Origin: Entomortierella parvispora E1425
Lineage: Eukaryota; Fungi; Mortierellomycota
Assembly: GCA_020891255.1 (NCBI GenBank)
Contig: BQFW01000002.1
Span: 496,001 to 560,000, forward strand
DNA: 64,000 bases
Reading direction: 5' to 3'
A model generated the notes under the pieces. The model saw only the letters and a program-made list of their open reading frames with translations, was not told the DNA's origin and searched no databases. Shown piece after piece: positions 25,568 through 35,955 of this stretch. The position numbers and the translations under genes are program-made. Each line of letters begins with the position of its first letter. Within the stretch, counting starts at the first letter, position 1.

Positions 25568-27617
25568 TTAAACAACTACCACAGGCGAGTTAGCGGTGAG
25601 TGATTGGTCTTCCGCATTGTATTGGCCCTTGAGTGCCTCCTCATCCTGTTTCTTTTTTTGTTCTCTCTCGTATCGCGCAGATGGCTTTTGAGGGAGAAGG
25701 TCAATCTGTCCTCTTTTGGGGATGGAGGGCAAAAAGGTGACCATCGGTCTATAAGCAGCGCCTCTACGAATCTCCTTCTGCTTAACAGACTCAGGAGCCC
25801 ACTTCAGCGCTACATGTCGTATGATACGCTCTTTCAATGTCTAACCATAGGAACAAAAGGCGGATGTAGGTTTGAAGTTAGCCCTTTACATGATATGAAT
25901 CTACTGGTCTCCTTCTCGCTCTGACTGCTTCTCCATACCTGGCCATAGAGAATGGTTGCATTGATCCTGCTCTTCCCATACATCTCCGCGACGTGATGGT
26001 ATCGTTGCTCCTTAAAGTCTAGACACGCTGCATGGATCGCGTCTCTATCGAGAGATTCCAGGTCATACAGGCAGTTCGCCAAGATAACAGCATCTAGTAA
26101 GGCAACCAGTATGAATAAATATGGGACTGACGTTTGACACTGAGAATTGGAAATCCGGAGTGCTCCATGTATTTTTACCTTGCAGTGCACACACCGCACC
26201 TTGTCCAGCACTTGGGAGTAGCTTGTGGGCGGCTACCAATGGAAAACAGGAAAAGCAATGTTAGATCGATAGAACTTAGGAGGTATTGGTCATACCCAAT
26301 ACGAAGGAACCCTACCATCTCCAATGAGGACAGTGCGACCATGCGACCAGGTCTCAAACAGCTTTTCTTCCAAAAAGACCCTGGAAATGTTGGCGTCGGG
26401 CGTGGCGTTGATCAAGTTGCCCAAGGTACCACATCCAGGAACTCTGAAATCCTTGACCTTGTCAATGAACTCGGGATTGGATTCAGGACCCCATTCCGAG
26501 TTGCGAAACTTGATTTTTTCGAATTCTGCAATCGATGCAATCTGAGAGACAACCACCCAGCACACACGATTCTCGGGCATGTTGAACTCAGACCACTAAG
26601 TAGATTCAATACAAAAGATAAAAATGGAGTCAGCCCATGTCATGTCTTTCAATGGTTCTAAGTGAAGTTAGGTGGAAAAAAAAATATACTTGCATTAAAG
26701 CTTGTGCCAGGCCCAATGACTTGGTTGAATGTTGAACCCTTGTTCTTAACAAATGGGTACTGTTCAGGATCCAAGGGGTCCGTTGTACCGACCATTGCCA
26801 GATAGCCTTTGCTCAGCTCTGCTGCATCTGATGCTGGTAGGAGGTCCTTTTCTTGCAAGGTCTTATATAGCCCCTGTCTGACACCACTGTGTGCACCGTC
26901 AGCGCCGACCAGGATATCGCCATGGTAGGTGGTGCCATCAGCACAACGGATCATGACCCCATCCTTGTTCTCTATCATGGACATGACTTTCTTGTTATAG
27001 TGAATCTTCTCCGCTGGGACCTTGGACAGGAGTAGCTGATGAAACTTTGGACGAGCAAAATTGAAATACTCATAGCCAATTCTAGTTACGTACCACAGCG
27101 GACGTTCAGTTTTCGGTGGTTTCGAATTAACATCATCGTGACATTCCAAAAAAATACCTACTCGCCGTTCTTGTCCACATTGCCAAAGGAGGCAGTGACC
27201 TTCATGTTATCGTACATGATGTTTACTTTATCGCCAGGAAACGAGATGGCCTTGAGCTCATCCAGGAGGCCAATTTGCTCGATGGCCCCAAGGATGTTAG
27301 CGTTCAGGGACATGATGGATCCTAATGTTGGACCAAAAGGTGAGCGTTGAGGACCATGTTGAAAAGAACCGTACAGTAAAAAAGTTGACCTGCACTCCTA
27401 TCATACCAAGAGGCCTCACTGTTGAAGCTCTTTCATAGATCTCATATGGGATCCCGGCTTTGTCAAGGAGAATGGCAAGCAGAAGGCCAGCAAGTCCAGC
27501 TCCGACAATCATCACGTGCGGAGTCTTGCCATCACTCTTGAGGGGAAGCTGGGATGGGTGTTTGATAGGAGAGTCGTCAAACTCGTCAACAGGTTTGCGA
27601 GCACGATGCGGGTTCAT
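25568..27617 (-). CDS. FAD-dependent monooxygenase, copy D; 7 exons, third intron GC-AG
   Basis: Same motifs as the other copies; frame is intact only if the GCAAGT donor at 26693 is used. Confidence 0.85.
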
Positions 27618-28061
27618 GCTGAGTTCACAAGATGGAGAATGTTGGAGATGAGCAGAAAAAAGATGATGGAACGAATGAGATGCTGGAATATCTGGATACA
27701 AAAAAAAAAAAATGAATGGTCCGATGGTCGCACAACAGCGGCGGTTGTTCGACCTGCTCAAGGCTCTCGCAACATGAGGTGCCGATTGCGAGATCCCATT
27801 CGTGTTGAATCCAGAAGAGGGATCGAGTCTTGAGACTCGATGCAGGTGGCAGACACACGGCTAAACACGCTGATCTTGAACAGCCAGGAGGTCAGATCTT
27901 GGTGATCAATGACCTTTCGCAGCCTCAGGACGAACAAGTGGCTGCCAGCATTCATGGCCAGTTGAGCATAGAAAGAGCTTGGACTCCCTTCAAGAGCGTT
28001 GCGTGCTCTACACTTCAACGGTGCAATATTGATTCTTAATAAATAGCTAATAGTTTAATGA

Positions 28062-30149
28062 TCAAACAGCTAGCACAGGAGTTGCTTGAGTAGATGATGC
28101 GGCCTCTGTTGCGGTATGATTCTTGAGGGCCTCTTCTTTCTTTTTTTGCTCTCTCTCATATCGAGCTGATGGTTTTTGGGGAAGAAGATCTATGTTGCCT
28201 CTTTTTGGGATGGGGGGCAAAAAAGTGACCATCGGCCTGTAGGCTGCGCCTTTGCGAATCTCCTTGAGTTTGAGAGACTCGGGGACCCAGTTCAGGATTA
28301 CATGTCGAATGATCCTCTCCATAAGTGTCTAATTATGAGAACATCGATCAAAGGTGAGAGTACAATCTTCAGAGGTCAACTCAAAGGACATCTTACGACC
28401 CTGATCCAAAGGTCCATCTGGTGCACTCCTCCATTTAACTTTCATACCTGACCGTGGAGAATGACTGCAATAAGGTTGCTTTTGCCGTACATCTCAGCAA
28501 CATAGTGGTAACGCTGCTCTTTGTAGTCCAGACAGGCGGAGTGGATCGCGTCTCTATCGAGAGATTCCAGGTCATACAGGCAGTTCGCCAGGATAACAGC
28601 ATCTAATAAGGGAACAAGTGTGAATAAACATGGGACGTTTGACATTGAGAGTTGGAAATTGGATGAGGTCTGTGTATTTTTACCTTGCAGTGCGCACACC
28701 GCACCTTGTCCAGCACTCGGGAGCATCTTGTGGGCAGCTATAGACAGTCAATGCAAGTGGAGCGTCAGCTTACTTGAAGATGATGGGCACGGTCAAAAAA
28801 AAAAAGGTCCCTATACCGTCTCCAATGAGGACTGTCCTTCCATGCGACCAAGTCTCGAAGAGCTTCTCTTCCAAAAAGACCCTGGAGATGTTGGCTGCAG
28901 GGGTGGCGTTGATCAAGTTGCCAAGCGTACCACCACCTGGGACTTTGAAGTCTTTGACCTGGTCAATGAACTCGGAGTTGGATTCAGGACCCCATTCCGA
29001 GTTGCGGAACTTGATCTTCTCGAATTCCGCAACTGAGGCAATCTGAGAAATGATCACCCAGCAAATCCGGTTCTCGGGCATGTTGAACTCGGTCCACTGA
29101 GTAGACGCAAAGAAGGAGACAGAAAAAAAAAAGGAAAAAAAAGTTAAGTTTAGTTCATGATGTCTCTGAGGATGCGGGGACACCCATAGGATATCAAACT
29201 CACACTGAAGCTGGTGCCACGTCCAATAACTTGACTCAAAGCAGAGACCTGGTTCTTCAAAAATGGATATTGTTCAGGGTCCAGTGGGTCCGTGGTACCG
29301 ACCAGCGCCAAGAAACCTTTGCTCATATCTGTGGCATCCGATGCTGGCAAGAGGTCCTGTTCTTGCAAGGACTTGTATAACCCCTGTCTGACACCACTGT
29401 GTGCACCGTCAGCGCCGACCAAGATATCGCCATGGTAGGTGGTGCCATCGGCACAACGGATCATGACCCCTTCCTTGTTCTGGATCATGGACATGACCTT
29501 TTTGCTATAGTGAATCCTTTCTGCTGGGATCTTGGACAGGAGTAATTGATGGAACTTTGGTCGAGCGAAATTCAAAAAGTCATATCCAATTCTACATTCA
29601 TATACGAGCACCACGACAAAAGGTCAGTTTTGGACCTCTGGTGCACAAAGATACATCAAGGAAACTGCCATTCTTTCAAAGTCTTACTCGCTGCTCGTGT
29701 TGTTATTGTTGGTCGTGGCAATGACCTTCATGTCCTCATACATGACGTTTGAGTCACCTGCAGGGAACGAGATAGCCTTGAGCTCATCTAGAAGGCCTAT
29801 TTGCTCTATAGCCCCAAGGATGTTGGCCGATAGCGACATGATGGAACCTATCATCGCACAGATGGGAAACGATCAATTTAGGCACCCTGTTTTACAAGTG
29901 AATGAGGTGCAAGTTCCTCTGCTCTATTTCCGTCTTACCAAGAGGCTTGACGCTGGACGCCCGCTCAAAGATCTTATGCGGGATTCCGGCTTTGTCAAGG
30001 AGGATGGCAAGTAACAGGCCAGCAAGGCCGGCTCCGACAATCATCACGTGTGGATTCTTGCCATCACTCTTGGGGGGAAGTTGGGATGGGTGTTTGATAG
30101 GAGAGTCGTCAAACTCGTCAACAGGTTTGCGAGCACGATGAGGGTTCAT
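28062..30149 (-). CDS. FAD-dependent monooxygenase, copy E; 7 exons
   Basis: GAGLAG, GADGAHS, IGD|AAHKMLPSAGQGA; frame intact. Confidence 0.88.
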
Positions 30150-30753
30150 GCTGAGTTCACAAGATGGAGAATGTTGGAGATGAGAGACTGGGAAATGAGA
30201 AGGAATGAGGAGGGCGAGGGATTGTTCTTTTTTTTTTTTTATTTCTTTCCAGGCATTGAGTGAACACAAAGAGAGCAACAAGTAAAATGTCGTTGGTCGC
30301 ACGGTACTGCACCGCACGAAAACGAGCAAGATCTGGTCAGTCCAGACTGTTGATGCCACACAGTAGATCAAAAGCAGGCAAGGCGCAAGGCACACGTTCC
30401 TTCAGCAGCGAAGGGAAAGGAGCCGTTGTCTTCCAGGCACAATCTTGCACGCCTTCAATTTTCGAGTGGTTGCCTCCACCCTTTACCAACATCTCAACTT
30501 GCGCTCACAATGGTGTCCTCGGCATTGCTTGTGGGCATGCTGTTGTCGCTTGGACAATAGCCTTGAGAGATACTAGCTCAGCTGCAGAGTTCATATCATC
30601 TTTTGAGCAACAGCAAGGAAAATGCTTTCTTGACGACATTTCAGTGATGAGCAGGGTCACCAAAACGAGCCGCCATGTAAAAGAAAAAATAATATTTACT
30701 CAATGGACGGTCCCAACTGTGGGTTGAGGGGATGGCATGTGGATGTCAAGGTA

Positions 30754-32733
30754 CTAGATTGTTGCTGCAGGAGGGCTCTGCTCAGCCAGTGCTTGTTCTT
30801 TGAGAGTCTTCCTTTTCAGCTCTTGCTCTTTCTCATAACGCTTCGAAGGCTTCTGAGGAAGAACCGGTGCAGTCCCTTTTTTGGGAGTAAGAGGCAAGAA
30901 GCTGACTTGGGGGCGGTATTCGGCGGCCTTTGCAAAGTTCTTCATCTGCATGGACTCTGGAACCCAGTTGATGGCGATGTATCGGAAACAACGCTCTAAT
31001 AGCGTCTTTTTTTTTTTTTTTTTTTTTTTTTTCCCCAGAAAAGGGCTCGGTGGTTAGTACCTGCCCGTTATTTGTTGAGAAGCATGGCGGAAGAAGGATA
31101 GTCTCCATATCTGTGCAGTACGTACCTGGCCATTGAGAATCATTGCATTGAGTTTGCTTTGATCGAACTGTGTCTTGACCGGACCATACCGCTGCTTCTT
31201 GTAGTCGTCCAGAGCAGCTTCAATATGAGGTTGCGAGAGGGACTCCAAATCGTAGAGGCAGTTTGCCAAGATAATACTATCCTCCACTGCACAGACTGCA
31301 CCTTGTCCAGCGCTGGGGAGAAGTTTGTGAGCGGCTACTCGGACCAGAAAGGTGGGTTATTACCACTGAAAGAGAAAACGAGAACTTTTCTCATGGATGA
31401 TGAGGAACCTCTTCTTACCATCGCCAATAAGGACGGTCCGACCGTAGTTCCAAGTATCGAACAGCTTTTCTTCAAGATAGACACGCGAGATGCCGTCAGA
31501 CGGTGTCAAATCGATCAAGTTTCCAATGGTACCACAGCCTGGTACCTTGAAATCTCTAACTTGCGAAATGAACTGGTCATTGATTTCAGGTGCCCATTCC
31601 GAATTGCGGAACTTCATCCTCTCGGATTCTTCCAAAGAGGCAAATTGGTTGACGACCACCCAGCAGACGCGTTTCTCTGCAATGTTGAGCTCAGACCACT
31701 AGTGGGCACATGACAAGATAGAATTAGGGTTACAATCAAGTTTGTCAAGATTGAACAGAAGAGTTTTTTTTTTCTCTCAATGAACTTGTACCGTGTATCG
31801 AGTGCCTCTGCCGATTATTTGGCTGAAGATACCAATTTCCTTTTCCACCAAAGGGTACTTTTCAGGATCCAATGGGGACGTGGTGCCAACCAAGCAGGTG
31901 AAGCCCTTTGACATCTCTTTGGCATCGGATGAAGGTAAAACCCCCTTCTCTTTCAGAGTCCTAAAGAGGTTGTTTCTGATGGCGCTGTGGGCGCCATCTG
32001 CACCGCATAGGATATCGCCATGGTAGGTAGTGCCATCGGCGCAACGGATCATAACACCTTCCTTGTTCTGCAAGGCCGAAAGCACCTTTTTGCTGTAGTG
32101 AATCTTTTCAGCTGGGACCTTGGAGAGGAGCAACTCGTAGAGTTTAGGTCGACAAAACAACAACATATCGTAGCCAAAACTTGTGAAAGTGGGCCAAAGA
32201 TTAGAAAGACTTTTCTTGTTTGCCTTTTTGTTCAACGGCTGATGAACGCATGTAAATATGATCTGACTTACACATTGTTGGTATTACCAGCTGGCAACTC
32301 AATGGCGAGCTCGAGGTCTTCATACAAGAGTTGGGCACCTCCTTGTGGGAGAGAAATGGCCTTCAGCTCTTCGTACAGACCCACTTGCTCCAGCGCGGGC
32401 ATGACATTGACACTTAGTGTTAGAATGGAACCTGAGTATCAACAAATGAGGCTTTTTTTTAGAGTGGACTCGACACAATCTTGACTTTACACCTTCACCA
32501 ATCAAAGAGACAGACAACTAACCCAAAGGCTTGACAACAGGAGCACGCTCGTAGATCTCATACGAGATCCCGGCCTTGTCAAGAAGGATGGCAAGGAAAA
32601 GGCCACCGATGCCGGCCCCAACGATCATAACATGTGGGGTCTTGCCATCGCTTTTGGGTGGAAGTTGAGACGGGAGCTTGACAGGTGTGTCGTCAAACTC
32701 GTTGACAGGCTTGTAGGCACGGTGGGGATTCAT
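30754..32733 (-). CDS. FAD-dependent monooxygenase, copy F; 6 exons (lacks the conserved intron)
   Basis: GAGIGG, GADGAHS, IGD|AAHKLLPSAGQGAVCAVEDSIILANCL read without a break at the site where A-E carry an intron. Confidence 0.88.
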
Positions 32734-33497
32734 TGCAAAAGGAAAGGGAGGGGAGGTAGAGGAGCAAGCGAACGAAGGGTGAGAATGAGAAGTTGGGGAG
32801 GGACAAAAAAAAAAGAGAAGAGCAGAACAAATGGAACGAGACAGGTCTTCTCTCGATTGCTGTGGGTGAACACAAAGAGCAATAAAAAAAAAGTGGATAG
32901 GACCAAGAGTCGCACAGCACAGCAACAAGCGCTTCATGGTTGGCTTCCTCAATGCTTGTTTGCAACTCGACCAGTGCTTGAGAGCAGATAACAAAAGTTC
33001 ATGGGTACCTCACTCTTGAAAGAGACAGGCTGCAAGCCTCTCTTTGTCACGTTGAGAATATTGAGATAGGCGGAGCAAAAGTGCGTGCCACCAATTTCAG
33101 CATAGAATCTTCCTGCCACGGGGCTTGAACGGAATCGCTCACGTCTGTACTCCCAGACAGTCATAACAAAAAGAGGGAATAAAAATTGACCTCATCCTTG
33201 AGAACTCACCAGCTTGAATGCCTTCTGTCAATGATCAACAACGCTTTTCACACCAGAATAGACCCAGAAGAGAATAGTTCGATCGTTTATATATAAACTT
33301 GTCGCTGCAAATACATTCACGTCCCCTCTACTCTTGAAGACAAGAGGTATGAAAAACGGAAAAATATGAACAAAATCTGAACGACAGTCGCTTGTTATCT
33401 TCCTCGAATGTTGAATGTGTTGGATGTTGGGTACTGGGGTGGTGGCGATTGGTGGGTGCACAGGAAGAGAGATCCAATGTTGGTCGAAAAGACTAAT

Positions 33498-35201
33498 TTA
33501 CTTTCCCTTGCCCTTCTTGATCAACCATTGGAGCGTGATGTCGATATTGACCTGGTTCTTGGCCGAGATCGAGTAGCACGAAACCTCACGGCTAGCAATC
33601 TGCTTCAAGTTCCTATTTTCCATGAAAATCATAGAATATACATAGTGAATACGACGTTGATATTTTGTTTTCCGGTATCCGTTATTTTGTCCTGATATAA
33701 TGCTCTCCAGAACTTAATTCCAGAAAAACACGAGCTGCTTCCCTTACATGGTCTCAATAATCTGCTCCACGGTAAGAGCTCCTGGAAGATCATTCTTGTT
33801 ACCAAGAACCAACACAGGGATCTCTGCCAGTTGCGGCTTGTCTAGCAAGTTGCGAAGTTCTGTCCTGGCGGCGTCCAGCTTATCATGATCCGCAGCATCA
33901 ATCACAAACCTATTGTTCAAACAAAACAAAAAAATTGGACGTTGGTCAATAAGAGAGCCGATCTTCTCCTTTCTTTTAGGTCAAAGTTAAAGGAGCGAAG
34001 GACAAAAGAAACAAATCCTTGGGCACAGCAACAGCAAATAGCAATGACAGCCACGTACACTATAGCATTGACGCCTCTACAGTATCTCTCCCACATGCTC
34101 CTGAATCGTGGCTGGCCGCCAATGTCCCAAAGCTTCATCGTCACGTTGCCCTTGGTGACCTTGCGCATGTTAAAGCCGACGGTGGGGATCATGTCCTCTG
34201 AAAATTGTCCAGACTATTAAAAGTGGTGTAGACATTGTCCAAGAAAACGGGTTAGTGCACATGCTGTGGACAATGGGCTTTGCCTTCAACCAAACAAGAG
34301 TCAGGAAGTACGAAAGACAATAGGCCAACCAAATAATATGACGCAAAGAAAGAAGAATGACCACCAAGGTTGGCGCGACGTTCCAGAAGAAAAACGTGTG
34401 GTTCAAAAGAGTTGTCACTGAGGGTCGATAGCTATCACCCGACACCAAGCACACAGCAAGGCAGCCGCGGCCATTTTTTTTTTCGGAACAAAAAAAAGGG
34501 GGAAAAGGCCCGCCGGAAGGCAGGGCAAAGAAAGGCAGGTGGCTGTTCCCGTCCAGGACAGCCACAACGTTGCGTGAATCATCCGTGTTGACCGAGCAAA
34601 AAGGGAGAAGGGGCAGACAAAAGGTAGCTCCAAGGCACAGCGTTGCCCTCCATCAGCGGGAAAGCACAGCAGGGAAAGGTGCTTTCTGAAGAAAAGAAAA
34701 AAAAAGTAGGAAGGATCCGGTTTCTCTCGCTCTCCTTGCCCCCTCTTTAGTCCATTGTCCGCTAGTCCTGGTCTCGTGCCGTCCTTGTGCCTCTGTCGAT
34801 TTTTCGAGAAAACGGTTCTCCTGCGCCCGTGTCCAGTTCCTGAGAAACCACAAGGGAGAGAGCTCTTTTTATCCTTCTCTATCTCTTAAGCGACTTACGG
34901 CAATCACATTAACAAGGGTGGTCTTGCCACTGTTCTGCAGTCCCACAAGGGTAAGCTCCATTTCGGTCTAGAAGGGGTATCGAAAGAGAGTCAGTTTGGG
35001 AGTAGCTTCTCACATTTGTCGGTGGACAAGGGTATCGTTGAAATGGAACATGACGCGGCCCGTAATGTCTGTCTGTAGGCGATGCCAATGCTCGTGAGAA
35101 CAATGACAACGCCTTTGGCTGAAGCTATGGCGTAATGTTGTGCATACCTTGAAGAACAGGCTCCTCAACCAATTGAGCAGCGACTGGATAATGGACGCCA
35201 T
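33498..35201 (-). CDS. ARL8: ADP-ribosylation factor-like GTPase 8; 5 exons
   Basis: [18 protein letters not shown]|[23 protein letters not shown]|[53 protein letters not shown], ends [16 protein letters not shown]. Confidence 0.95.
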
Positions 35202-35955
35202 TGGTGGGTTGTTGACGGGTAAATGAGATGAGGGCTGGGCAAGGGTATCAATGCCTTTTGGCGACAATCTAAGGTCTCTGTTGGTTAGAGTCTTTTTGCG
35301 ATAGGTCCTCCTTTTGATAGTGAGAAGGAGAGGAAGGAGAGGAAGAAGAAGAGGAGGGGAAGGGTAATGGGTGCGTGATGAGGGAGAGGTGTGAAAAAGA
35401 ATGAAGGAAAAATAAATAATTCTTTGTCCGTCTGTTCTCTGGTCAAATGGCCCAGGCTCAGAAGGTGCAAACCATGGAAAACCTTTCCTGCGCCTGCTTG
35501 CCTGCAGTGGCTCTCTCTATCTTTCCTTCAATCTCTCTTAGCTCGTCGTCCCAATCTTCCCCCATATCCTCTATTTCCCTTCGCCTTCTTGTGGTTCATC
35601 CCGGCCACTCTCCTGCTACACCCAACCCCGCAATCAAGGTCCCGATGCCCTGCCGCCCTGGTATCTCCTGGGACCAATTTTAGGTCCAGCTGGGTTCAGC
35701 GAGACTGGCCAATGTGGACTGTGCGCTCCCAGATAAGCACATGAATTCATCCCTCACCAGGGCACCCTTGGATATTTACTAAGAATTATGAGTATTATGG
35801 ATAGAATAGGGGGATGGGCATTGACTTGGGAAATAAAAGAAATGATAAATGGTTCGAGTCACGAGTGGCGAGCAATAAACGACCTTTGTCGTTCGTGCCC
35901 CGGTCCTTGACCCTTTGGCGATCAAACATGGAGGATAAGATGAAAAGTCGAGTTC

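Noticed and set aside
35850-35862. GGTTCGAGTC, resembling a tRNA B-box
   Set aside because: No A-box, acceptor stem or cloverleaf in the flanking sequence.
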